Assembly: GCA_019359235.1 (NCBI GenBank)
Contig: JAHHHT010000012.1
Span: forward strand, 195,648 to 240,019
Direction: 5' to 3'
DNA length: 44,372 nucleotides
DNA from: Oscillatoria princeps RMCB-10
Lineage (GTDB): Bacteria > Cyanobacteriota > Cyanobacteriia > Cyanobacteriales > Oscillatoriaceae
Every line of letters starts with the position of its first letter. Position 1 is the stretch's first letter. The position numbers and the translations under genes were made by a program. The notes beneath the pieces were generated by a model. It was not told the origin of the DNA. It was given only the letters and a program-made list of their open reading frames with translations, and searched no databases. This document shows, piece after piece, positions 8,854 to 17,402 of this stretch.

Positions 8854-9306
8854 ATGAAAATGATCCGGTTTCTTTACGAAAAATCAGTTTCCTATAAAGG
8901 ACATCTCATCATCCCCTTTGTTTTTGTGCTGGCCGGTGGCCAGCACATATATTCCTATGCCTTACTCTCTGACTCCGGGCATAAAGGGCGATTTCACAAA
9001 GCAGAAAACCCTGCCGGCATCTATTCAGACAGCCTGGATGGCATCGTCGAGATTGCCAAAGAACATCTCTACCGACATTGCCCCGCTGCCGGTGCCGGTG
9101 ACAATTTTAAGTCTCGCTACACCTATCGCGACAACCTGATCATCGTCTGCCAACTCGCCGGCAAATTTTTCTACGACCATTATAAACCCGACAGTTTAAC
9201 CAATGTCGCCGCCCCCAAACTATTCACAACCGAAAGCGAGTGCCTCAACTGGATAAAACAGGGACTCGACGGCTCACCTACTGACTCCCTCCCCCAAACC
9301 CAGTAA
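8854..9306 (+). CDS. Hypothetical protein (~150 aa).
   Basis: Intact ORF reading MKMIRFLYEKSVSYKGHLIIPFVFVLAGG.... No recognisable domain. It is flanked on both sides by family-A hairpins. Confidence 0.35.
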   Translation: MKMIRFLYEKSVSYKGHLIIPFVFVLAGGQHIYSYALLSDSGHKGRFHKAENPAGIYSDSLDGIVEIAKEHLYRHCPAAGAGDNFKSRYTYRDNLIIVCQLAGKFFYDHYKPDSLTNVAAPKLFTTESECLNWIKQGLDGSPTDSLPQTQ

Positions 9307-9308
9307 AA

Positions 9309-9343
9309 GTAGGGTGCGTTCCCCCCAGGGGAACGCACCCTAC
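9309..9343. repeat. Family-A hairpin (gtagggtgcgttccccccaggggaacgcaccctac).
   Basis: Inverted repeat with the same arms as the copies at 8774 and 25466. Confidence 0.7.
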
Positions 9344-9360
9344 TAACTCGCACGCTAAAC

Positions 9361-9645
9361 CTATTTAGACTTGGAGCGCGCCTCCTTAACCATTGCAATT
9401 AAAGTGTGGTGAGCGTCTTCCGCACCTTCTAGAGTGCGCTCGAACTCAATGCGCACCGGCACAGCAGCACCACTCACCTGTGCGGTTAAATTCATCCCCT
9501 TTGCGTCAATTGAAACCATCTCCGCTGCAGTCGCCTCCGGAGATCCGCCAAATGCCTGGGCGTAAAGAAGCACAGCATTGGCGTGATCTTCGTTCATGTG
9601 CTGGCAGATGCGCTCGCTAACTTCAGCAGTGATCTGTTCAGACAT
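9361..9645 (-). CDS. DUF2470-like small protein (94 aa).
   Basis: Carries HMNEDHANAVLLY, which matches the MNxDHxD motif typical of DUF2470. Confidence 0.5.
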   Translation of the reverse strand: MSEQITAEVSERICQHMNEDHANAVLLYAQAFGGSPEATAAEMVSIDAKGMNLTAQVSGAAVPVRIEFERTLEGAEDAHHTLIAMVKEARSKSK

Positions 9646-9716
9646 TCAGACACTCCTTTTATCTAAAATCACGTCAGACTGAATCCCCATAATACCAGCA
9701 AACAGCAGAATTCCTC

Positions 9717-9777
9717 GTAGGACAGGCGTCTCGCCTGTCCATTAAGAAACCCGGTTTCTTTAAGAAACCGGGTTTCT
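9717..9777. repeat. Family-B hairpin (gtaggacaggcgtctcgcctgtcc) immediately followed by a family-D palindrome (aagaaacccggtttctttaagaaaccgggtttct).
   Basis: Two inverted repeats lying just 3' of the AcrB-type pump gene. They may act as a terminator. Confidence 0.6.
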
Positions 9778-9824
9778 GGGGCGTACTTCATCCAAGTGCA
9801 AACCGCTATATACCGGCCTGCTTA

Positions 9825-12800
9825 TCAAACGAGCTCAGAAGCTCCCTCAGACTCCCCCTCCCCTGCCTTCGCGGAAGCCGATTTCCCCATCAGCCGCATT
9901 TGAGCCGTCGTGGCGATCGTGTAAAACACCGGCACCACATACAAACTCAAAAACGTCGAGACAAACATCCCCCCAACAACCGACATCCCGATAGACACCC
10001 TCGCCGCCGCACCGGCACCCGTCGCTAGCGCCAGAGGAATCAACCCAAAAATCGTCGAAAAAGCCGTCATCAAAATCGGGCGAAACCGGATTTTCCCCGC
10101 CTCAATCGCCGCCTTGGCAACCGGCATCCCCTTCTCCCGCAGCTGATTTGCAAACTCCACAATCAAAATCGAGTTTTTCGTCGCCAGCCCAATCAGCATA
10201 ATCAGCCCAATCTGGCTGTAGACATTCAAATCCAAACCCGCCAGCAACAGCGCCGCAAACGCGCCCAGCAGCGACAGGGGCACCGCCAGCAAAATAATGA
10301 TCGGGTCGAGATAGCTCTCAAACTGAGCCGCCAAAACCAAGAAAATAAACGCCAGCGCCAGCAGAAAAATAGCGCCCGTCGCTTGTCCCGCCTCTTTAAA
10401 CTCCAGAGACTGCCCCGCATACGATACCCGAATCTCTGCCGGCAGCACCTCCTTCGCTAACCCCTCCAAAGCATCCAGCGCTTGCCCCAACGTATATCCC
10501 GGTGCGGGGCTGCCTTCAATGGCAGCCGCCCGGAAGCGGTTAAAGTGATTGATTTGCGGCGGCGTCGTCGCAGAACTCACCGACACCACATTGCTCAAAG
10601 GAACCACTTGCCCCTGGCTCGTGCGGATATACAGCTGGCGAATATCCTCCGGACTCGCCCGAAATTCTTTTTCAGCTTGAACAACCACCATCAAGCGCCG
10701 GTTGCCCCGGTTGAAACTCGTAATTTTCTGACTTCCCAAAAGGATTTGCAGCGTCCGAGAAATCTCCTGCACCGAAATCCCCAAATTCGCCGCTTGCGCC
10801 CGGTCTACGCTGACAGTCAGCTCCGGTTTATTCAGCTTTAAATTCGTGTCGATATTCACCAACTGCGGCAGCTGCCGCGCCCGACCGGCAAACTCAGCAG
10901 AAACTTGAGCCAGCGTTTCTAAATCGCTGCCTTGCAGCACAAACTGAACCGGCTGCCCGAAACCGCCCCCCGGCAAAGCAGGCGGATTGATTGGCAGCAC
11001 AAAAGCGTCCGTAATTGCGGCAAACCGGCCAAAAAGCTGGCCAATAACCGCTTTTTGCGACTGCTGCGGCTCCTTGCGCTCCTCCCAAGGCTTCAGCCGG
11101 ACAAACGCAAATCCCTGATTCACCTGACCGGGCGCACCCCCACCAAACGCACCAATGGTAAAATAAGTATTAACGTCCTTCACCTGGCTGAGCGTCTGTT
11201 CAATTTCCCCCATCACCTTGTCGGTGTAGTTGATAGTCACCCCTTCCGGTGCCCGCACAATCGTAAAAACAGCCCCCCGATCCTCCGCAGGCAAAAATTC
11301 CAGCGGCAGCTGTTTGAACAGCTGAAACGTCAGCCCCAGCGACACAAAAAACCCCAGAATAACGACCGCCTTTAAAGGCATCAAAATCCGGATAGAGCGG
11401 TCGTAAATCGCCTGCATCACCTTGACGATCCCCTCAAACAATGCCAGAGGCGCACTGAAAAGAGCCGCCAGAGGATTTTTTCTTTCTTCTTTCGCCCACT
11501 CCGGTTTAGCCGGCTTGAGAATGCGGGCGCACATTGCAGGTGCCAGCGTCAGGGCGACAAAGGCAGAGATCAGCACAGAACCGGCAATCGTGATCGCAAA
11601 TTCTGTAAACAGCCGCCCCGTCGTGCCGGCGGAAAACCCCACCGGCACAAACACCGCAATCAGCACCACCGTGGTAGCAATCACCGCAAACACCACCTCA
11701 CCCGTTGCGGCAAAGGTCGCTTGCCTGGGTTTCATGCCCTTTTCTTCGATGTAGCGGATAATATTTTCCAGCACCACGATCGTGTCGTCCACCACCAGCC
11801 CCGTACACAGCGTCAGGGCAAACAGGGTGAGGGTATTAATAGAATACCCCAAAAAGAACATGATGCCAAAGGCACCGATGAGCGAAACGGGAATCGTCAC
11901 GGCTGGAATCAGAGTTGCCCGCCAGTCTCGCACGAAAAAGAAGATAATCAGAATCACCAGAAAAATCGAGAGGTAGAGCGACCCCCAAACCTCCTCAATG
12001 GCCAGCCGGATAAACTCCGAATTGTCCACCGCCAGCTGGTAGCTCATCCCCTCTGGGAACGACTTCGCGAGTTCCGCCATTTTTTCTTTGGCTTGTTTGG
12101 CTACGTCCAGGGTATTGGCATTGGATAGTTTAACCACCCCTAAACCCACTGCCGGTTTGCTATTAAACCGCACGAAAGAGCGCTCGTCTTCCGCGCCAAT
12201 TTCCGCCCGACCGACATCTTTTAACCTCACTTGCGAGCCGTCTGAATTGCGCTTAATCACCAGAGCTTCATATTCCTCCGGATTCTGGAGCCTTCCGAGG
12301 GTTCGCACGGAATATTCCGAGGTTTGCCCTTCAATGATGCCGCTGGGAATCTCGACATTTTCCCGCCGCAGCGCCTGCTCTACATCCAAAACAGTCAGGT
12401 TGCGGGCGGCGAGTTTCACCGGATCGACCCACAGGCGCATGGCATATTTGCGCTCGCCGCCAATAATAACGGTGCTGACGCCCGGAACAGTTTCCAGCGC
12501 GTCTACGATCGACCGGTCCGCGTAGTCGCTCAACTCCAGCGTGGAGAATTTGCTCTCCGGGCTGTAGAGAGCAAACCACACAATCGGAGAGGCGTCGCTC
12601 GATTGCTTGTTGACAATTGGCGCTTCGATCTCGTCGGGAAGTTTGCCCCGCACTCGGTCCACGCGAGAGCGCACGTCTTGCGCCGCTTCCTCAATGGGCC
12701 GGCTCAGTTCAAACTGGACGGTAATCGCACTCACTGACTCCCGACTTTGTGAGGTGAGGGTTTTAATCCCCTCAACCCCATTAATTTCAGCTTCTAATAT

Positions 12801-12992
12801 TTCAGTGACTTCCGTCTCTACAACTTGGGGGTTGGCACCCGGATAAACCGTAGTTACGCTCACCACCGGCGGGTCAATTGTGGGGTATTCCTGCACCGGC
12901 AGCCGGGTGTAACCCACCAGCCCCACCAAGATAATCAGCAGGGAACACACTGATGAGAAGACCGCTCGCTTGATGAAAAAATTGGTGAACAT
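9825..12992 (-). CDS. Multidrug efflux RND transporter permease (HAE1/AcrB family).
   Basis: The protein is 1055 aa with 12 TM segments and two large periplasmic loops. Diagnostic motifs are ...VVLENIIRYIEEKGMKPRQA... and AAARVSIGMSVVGGMF. Confidence 0.9.
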   Translation of the reverse strand: MFTNFFIKRAVFSSVCSLLIILVGLVGYTRLPVQEYPTIDPPVVSVTTVYPGANPQVVETEVTEILEAEINGVEGIKTLTSQSRESVSAITVQFELSRPIEEAAQDVRSRVDRVRGKLPDEIEAPIVNKQSSDASPIVWFALYSPESKFSTLELSDYADRSIVDALETVPGVSTVIIGGERKYAMRLWVDPVKLAARNLTVLDVEQALRRENVEIPSGIIEGQTSEYSVRTLGRLQNPEEYEALVIKRNSDGSQVRLKDVGRAEIGAEDERSFVRFNSKPAVGLGVVKLSNANTLDVAKQAKEKMAELAKSFPEGMSYQLAVDNSEFIRLAIEEVWGSLYLSIFLVILIIFFFVRDWRATLIPAVTIPVSLIGAFGIMFFLGYSINTLTLFALTLCTGLVVDDTIVVLENIIRYIEEKGMKPRQATFAATGEVVFAVIATTVVLIAVFVPVGFSAGTTGRLFTEFAITIAGSVLISAFVALTLAPAMCARILKPAKPEWAKEERKNPLAALFSAPLALFEGIVKVMQAIYDRSIRILMPLKAVVILGFFVSLGLTFQLFKQLPLEFLPAEDRGAVFTIVRAPEGVTINYTDKVMGEIEQTLSQVKDVNTYFTIGAFGGGAPGQVNQGFAFVRLKPWEERKEPQQSQKAVIGQLFGRFAAITDAFVLPINPPALPGGGFGQPVQFVLQGSDLETLAQVSAEFAGRARQLPQLVNIDTNLKLNKPELTVSVDRAQAANLGISVQEISRTLQILLGSQKITSFNRGNRRLMVVVQAEKEFRASPEDIRQLYIRTSQGQVVPLSNVVSVSSATTPPQINHFNRFRAAAIEGSPAPGYTLGQALDALEGLAKEVLPAEIRVSYAGQSLEFKEAGQATGAIFLLALAFIFLVLAAQFESYLDPIIILLAVPLSLLGAFAALLLAGLDLNVYSQIGLIMLIGLATKNSILIVEFANQLREKGMPVAKAAIEAGKIRFRPILMTAFSTIFGLIPLALATGAGAAARVSIGMSVVGGMFVSTFLSLYVVPVFYTIATTAQMRLMGKSASAKAGEGESEGASELV

Positions 12993-13035
12993 GAGTCGCT
13001 CATTTACACTCTATAATTGCTACCTTTTATCGTTC

Positions 13036-13188
13036 AAGTTTGTAGTAGGGCTTTAGCCCAAAGGTTCGTAGTAGGGCTTTAGCCCAAAGTTTGTAGTAGG
13101 GCTTTAGCCCAAAGTTTGTAGTAGGGCTTTAGCCCAAAGTTTGTAGTAGGGCTTTAGCCCAAAGTTTGTAGTAGGGCTTTAGCCCAAA
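13036..13188. repeat. Family-G tandem repeat: ~6 copies of a ~25-27-bp unit (gtttgtagtagggctttagcccaaa).
   Basis: A perfect tandem array inside the 300-bp adaptor-pump intergenic spacer. It is the reverse complement of the 6519 array. Confidence 0.85.
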
Positions 13189-13200
13189 ACGCATAAGGAG

Positions 13201-13246
13201 GAGGCAGAGCCTCCTGGAAAGGGTTCCCAGGCGGAGCCTGGGAACC
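13201..13246. repeat. Family-C element (gaggcagagcctcc ... gttcccaggcggagcctgggaac).
   Basis: Other copies at 23033..23079, 24908..24952 and 26930..26975 carry the same two modules in the opposite order. Confidence 0.6.
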
Positions 13247-13294
13247 AGATTAAAAAAGAAAAGGGCGTTTTTCTCCCTTTTCCCTTCTCCCCTC

Positions 13295-14932
13295 TCACTT
13301 CTCCCGTGCTCCCTTGCTCCCTTTCCCCTCACCGCTGGGGAGGGGCATAATAGGCGCACCGTCAGCCAGCTTTTGGATGCCGGAAACAATAATAGTGTCA
13401 CCGGGCACAAGTCCTTCGATGACTTCCGCACGATCCCCATTAACCAAGCCCAGTTTCACCGGCTGCCGTTTCGCCACCGCCGGCTCGTCGGGTCCTGGAG
13501 CCACAAACACAAATCGCTCCTGACCTTGGAAAACCACAGCCGTTGCCGGCACCACAGCACTAGAGCGCCGGTTCCAAATCACCTTGGCCCGCACGAACTC
13601 GCCATTCAGCAGCTGCCCTTGGGGATTGTCAAACGCCGCTTTTGCCAGAACCGTTTGCGAGTCAGTCACCGTTGGGGAAATAAAGCTAACCCGACCTGTC
13701 CCCAAGGATTTCCCTTGCGAGTCGCTCAGCTCCACCGGCAGCCCCTCACGCAAATCCGACGCCCGCTCCAAAGGAACCGGCATGCGCAGTTCCAGAAATT
13801 CGTTCTGCGTCACCGTGGTGATCTCGTCCCCTTTTTTGACATAATCTCCCAATTTCACGGGAATATCGCCGATTTTCCCGGCAAAAGGGGCCACTACCGC
13901 CGCCCTTTCCAGCTGGGATTCCGCGTTCCGCACTTGGGCTGCCGCTTGGGCCACTTGCGCTTCCGCTTGCGCGATCTCCTCTGGGCGGGAGCCATTCTGC
14001 AGTTGCAGCAGGGCTTGCCGCTGCTGTTCCACTTCCGCTTTCAGCCGCTCAATGTCGGAAGTCCTGCCCTTTCGCACTTGAGCCAAGCGCCTTTCGGCTT
14101 CTTGCAACTGGGCGGCGGCGCTGCGGTCTTCTTTTATATATTGATCCAGCGTGTCCTGAGCAATCGCCCCCTGCTGCGCCAATTCCCCATACCGGCTCAC
14201 CCGCTGCTTGGTGAGTTCTGCAGCGGCTTTTGCCGACTCCAATCGCGCTTCAGCTTGAGCGATCTCTTCCGGTGCCGCCCCAGCTTGCGCATCGGCGAGG
14301 CGGGTTTCCGCTGCGGCTAAACTGGCTTTGGCTCTGGCAATTTCCTCCGGGCGGCTGCCGGCTTGCAGCTCTTTGAGCCTAGCTTCGGCACCGAGCTGGT
14401 TCGCCTTGGCTTGGCGGAGCTCGGCTTGCAGGGAGTCGCTCTCTATGCGAGCCACCGAGGTCCCTTTTGCCACCTGCGAGCCGGATTTGACATAGATTTC
14501 CCTGACTAAACCGTCGATTTCTGCCTTCAGCCCCACTGACTTCTGGGCCTCTAGGGTGCCGACAAACTCCGAGGACTCTTCCACAGGGGCGAGCGCCACT
14601 CGCGCTAGCTTCACCGGCACTCCGCGAGGTTTGCTCAGGGCTGCCGGTGGGCCGCCCGCCGCCCCCTGGCTGCGCGACTGCCACCACTGCCAGCCGAAAA
14701 CCCCACCTCCTGCCAGCAGCAGCAGCCCCACCGCCATCAGCGCAGGCAGCAGCAGCGATCCGGATTTTGGTGGCGGCTGTTCTGCCGGCGGCTCATCTGG
14801 CTCGTATTCCCCCGCATCCTCTGGAGAGAGGACGTAGCCGGTCTTTACATCATCCTGAATGCGAGCCGGTTTCTCCTCGGCTTCAGCTAACCCCTCAGGG
14901 TTCTTAACATGATTGGTTTTCGTCATCAGCAA
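13295..14932 (-). CDS. RND efflux periplasmic adaptor subunit (HlyD family).
   Basis: The protein is 545 aa, with a TM anchor LLLPALMAVGLLLLAGGGVFGW, a coiled-coil hairpin and a beta-barrel. It lies upstream of the pump on the same strand. Confidence 0.85.
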   Translation of the reverse strand: MLMTKTNHVKNPEGLAEAEEKPARIQDDVKTGYVLSPEDAGEYEPDEPPAEQPPPKSGSLLLPALMAVGLLLLAGGGVFGWQWWQSRSQGAAGGPPAALSKPRGVPVKLARVALAPVEESSEFVGTLEAQKSVGLKAEIDGLVREIYVKSGSQVAKGTSVARIESDSLQAELRQAKANQLGAEARLKELQAGSRPEEIARAKASLAAAETRLADAQAGAAPEEIAQAEARLESAKAAAELTKQRVSRYGELAQQGAIAQDTLDQYIKEDRSAAAQLQEAERRLAQVRKGRTSDIERLKAEVEQQRQALLQLQNGSRPEEIAQAEAQVAQAAAQVRNAESQLERAAVVAPFAGKIGDIPVKLGDYVKKGDEITTVTQNEFLELRMPVPLERASDLREGLPVELSDSQGKSLGTGRVSFISPTVTDSQTVLAKAAFDNPQGQLLNGEFVRAKVIWNRRSSAVVPATAVVFQGQERFVFVAPGPDEPAVAKRQPVKLGLVNGDRAEVIEGLVPGDTIIVSGIQKLADGAPIMPLPSGEGKGSKGAREK

Positions 14933-14959
14933 GGACTCCTGACCTTTGGCCTACTGTGA

Positions 14960-14977
14960 GCAGCAAAGCTTTGCTGC
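14960..14977. promoter_or_regulatory. Perfect 18-bp palindrome GCAGCAAAGCTTTGCTGC, ~30 bp upstream of the adaptor start.
   Basis: Self-complementary sequence lying between the PadR remnant and the adaptor gene. It could be an operator or an attenuator. Confidence 0.4.
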
Positions 14978-15130
14978 GACAGCGTGCGGTGCGGGCGGCA
15001 AGCTTGTTCAGTCCCTCTCTGTGCTGGCGTCCGCTCGACAGCCTGTCTGTCCACTCCCCAGCGCTCGCGCCCTGGTAAATTGTGCGGGAGCATCCCGCTG
15101 CAGCTCTGCCAAATCAATGCGATAATGATT

Positions 15131-15470
15131 TCAGCCTGCGGCAGGAGAGAATATTTTTTGCCAGCTGAATCCCGGCAACGGGATTGAAATGACCCAGCTC
15201 TCTCGCGGATGCTCCAGCATTTTTTGCCGCCAGCGGGCCCGTCCTTTGGCCATGATGCTGTAGATTTTGCGGCAGGGGCCGCTTTCTGACTCCTCCTCCC
15301 CAATGGCGACAATCTCGCCCCGCTCTTGCAAGCCCTTCAGAGCGCGGATAAATCGCTCCGTAGCTGACACTGATGCAGCCGCTCATCAACAGCTCCAGCT
15401 GCTGCTTCAGCCGGTAGCCGTGCGTGGGTTCGCGCTACAATTGGCCCTGTGCGGATAGCTCTAGCTTTTA
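15131..15470 (-). pseudogene. Decayed PadR-family transcriptional regulator.
   Basis: Frame B reads KLELSAQGQL*REPTHGYRLKQQLELLMSGCISVSYGAIYP, with an in-frame TAG where the conserved AEGPMHGY helix is expected. A 1-nt frame change then leads into frame A, which reads ALKGLQERGEIVAIGEEESESGPCRKIYSITAKGR, the PadR wing and helix alpha-4. No ATG starts the reading frame. Confidence 0.55.
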
Positions 15471-15474
15471 TATC

Positions 15475-15497
15475 ATACTGATATACCATATTAGTAT
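15475..15497. promoter_or_regulatory. AT-rich inverted repeat ATACTGATAT-acc-ATATTAGTAT in the divergent promoter region.
   Basis: A 10-bp inverted repeat with one mismatch, directly upstream of the PadR remnant. The surrounding region 15440..15560 is strongly AT-rich. Confidence 0.4.
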
Positions 15498-15769
15498 TAT
15501 AGGCCCAATTTGAAACCACTTAAAAAATTTTTATTAAACTTAATAAAGCGTCATAAAATTTAAACATAAAGGGCCAAGCGGGACAGGCCATGTCAGCTCA
15601 CAGAAGCCGCTCCGCCAGCGTCCTGACCTGCGACCGGTGGCCAACACATCCCGGCGGGGGAGGCAGACGCGCATATAATCTGCTGTTTGATCAAGTTGGG
15701 GGCAAACGTCAATCGCTATACCCATATACGCATAGCCCTCTCTACCCCTCGTTAGTCAATGTAAATTAA

Positions 15770-17137
15770 ATGCTTAAGAGTTTAGATGCCCCCCCTCCAG
15801 TCATGACTCTAAGGATTTGCCGCCTAGTAGCGTTCGCCGGCTTGCTGGCAGCAGCCTCTGGTTGCGGCTGGCTGCCCAAGGAAGCCGCTGACGCCCAAAC
15901 CCGCGCCCCCAGGGCGGAAAGGCCCGCCGCTGCAACGCCGGTCGATGTTGCCATCGCCCGCACCGGCTCGGTGAGCGAGCCGCTGGAGTCCACCGGCACC
16001 ACCCTCCCCGTGCGGGAAGTCTCCCTGCGCCCCCAAGTCGAGGGCAAGCTGCTGGAACTCAACGCCGATGTGGGGGACACCGTACAGAAAGGCCAAGTCC
16101 TCGCCCGACTGGACGACGCCTTGCAGATGAGTGCCGTCGTCGGGGCGGAAGCCGAACTCGCCGCCCGCAAGTCCGAGGTGGCGCGTGCTGAGGCCGAAGT
16201 GAGCAACGCTCGCACCAAAGTCGAAGAGGCGAGACTGCAACTGCAGCAAGCGCAAGCAGACGCCAACCGGCTCGAACAGCTGTTCAAAGAAGGAGCGATT
16301 TCAGCCCAAGCAGCAGAACAGGAGCGGACAGCGGCGCGAACAGCCGAGCAGGCTCTGCGCTCCGCCCAAACGCAAGTTGCCACACAGCAGCAAGCCGTCG
16401 CAGCGGCGCAGGGGCGCGTCGTCGCCCAGCAAGCCATCCTCGCCCAAGTGCGAGAGCGACTCTCCTACTCCGTCTTAACCTCCCCGATCGCCGGCACCGT
16501 GCTCCAGCGCGTCACCGAACCGGGCAATCTCGTGCAGCCCGGGAGCGAACTCCTTAAACTAGGCGACTTCAGCGAGGTGAAAGTCGCCGCCGATATCTCG
16601 GAACTGGAACTGAGCAACATCCGGGTGGGGCAAAGGGTGGGAGTCAAGCTAGACGCCTATCCGCAAGAAAGCTTCACCGGCGAGGTGACGCGCATTTCCC
16701 CCGCCGCCGATCCGCAAGCTCGCCTCGTGCCGGTGGAAGTCACCATTTCCAACAGCAGCGGCAAAATTGGCAGCGGCTTGCTGGCGCGAGTCAGCTTTTC
16801 CTCACGCCAAGCTCAGCGCGTGCTCGTGCCGGTGGCGGCGCTGGAAGCCGGTGGAAGAGGCAGAGGCGGCGCTGGGGGACAGGGCAGCAAAGGCGCAGGG
16901 GAGCCGAAAGGCAGGGGTGCGGGGGAGCAAAGGAGCAGTGAGGGGGTTGTGTTTGTGGTGAGTGGCGAGGGGAAGGAGGTCAAGGTTTCCGCTCGCAGCG
17001 TTCAGCTTGGCGAACGCGCCAACGGGCAGGTCGAAATCCTGTCGGGATTGAATGCGGGAGAGCGATTCGTCGCCCGCGCCGGCAAACCCCTGAAAGACGG
17101 CGACGCCGTTAGCTTAAGTATTCTGTCGGAAAAGTAG
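15770..17137 (+). CDS. RND efflux periplasmic adaptor subunit, a lipoprotein of the HlyD family.
   Basis: Signal peptide with a lipobox (LLAAASGC), a coiled coil and a beta-barrel. A Gly/Lys-rich insert (GGRGRGGAGGQGSKGAGEPKGRGAGEQ) lies near the C-terminus. Confidence 0.85.
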   Translation: MLKSLDAPPPVMTLRICRLVAFAGLLAAASGCGWLPKEAADAQTRAPRAERPAAATPVDVAIARTGSVSEPLESTGTTLPVREVSLRPQVEGKLLELNADVGDTVQKGQVLARLDDALQMSAVVGAEAELAARKSEVARAEAEVSNARTKVEEARLQLQQAQADANRLEQLFKEGAISAQAAEQERTAARTAEQALRSAQTQVATQQQAVAAAQGRVVAQQAILAQVRERLSYSVLTSPIAGTVLQRVTEPGNLVQPGSELLKLGDFSEVKVAADISELELSNIRVGQRVGVKLDAYPQESFTGEVTRISPAADPQARLVPVEVTISNSSGKIGSGLLARVSFSSRQAQRVLVPVAALEAGGRGRGGAGGQGSKGAGEPKGRGAGEQRSSEGVVFVVSGEGKEVKVSARSVQLGERANGQVEILSGLNAGERFVARAGKPLKDGDAVSLSILSEK

Positions 17138-17210
17138 TCGGGTGTGCCGGCAGTGCCAGCTGTGAAATATGCCGGCCAAAATATAGCGTTTCTCATATTC
17201 GTCAGGTGCT

Positions 17211-17245
17211 GAGAAACCCGGTTTCTTTAAGAAACCGGGTTTCTC
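17211..17245. repeat. Family-D palindrome (gagaaacccggtttctttaagaaaccgggtttctc).
   Basis: Inverted repeat between the convergent adaptor and kinase genes. It may act as a bidirectional terminator. Confidence 0.6.
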
Positions 17246-17402
17246 ATGCGTACTGAGATACGAGTTTCTCGCCGCGAGTCTTCTGCCGTAAAACTTGTTG
17301 CGCTGCGGCGCACCCTGTTAACATTTTGCCGATTTTTGTAAAAATATTTCTGCTTAATTAGTGGTGTAACATTTAGCCAGCGGCAAGACGCGATTCGGCG
17401 CT

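Noticed and set aside
13036-13188. Regular ~27-bp direct repeats that could be a CRISPR array.
   Set aside because: Units are contiguous with no unique spacers and no cas genes are nearby. The same unit occurs in opposite orientation at 6519, so it is a tandem minisatellite-like repeat family.
13373-14320. 315-aa plus-strand ORF and other long antisense ORFs inside the adaptor and pump genes (e.g. 15766..16437, 10482..10841, 21455..21994).
   Set aside because: Typical GC-rich antisense open frames with low-complexity, Arg/Pro-rich products. The opposite-strand genes have clear family signatures.
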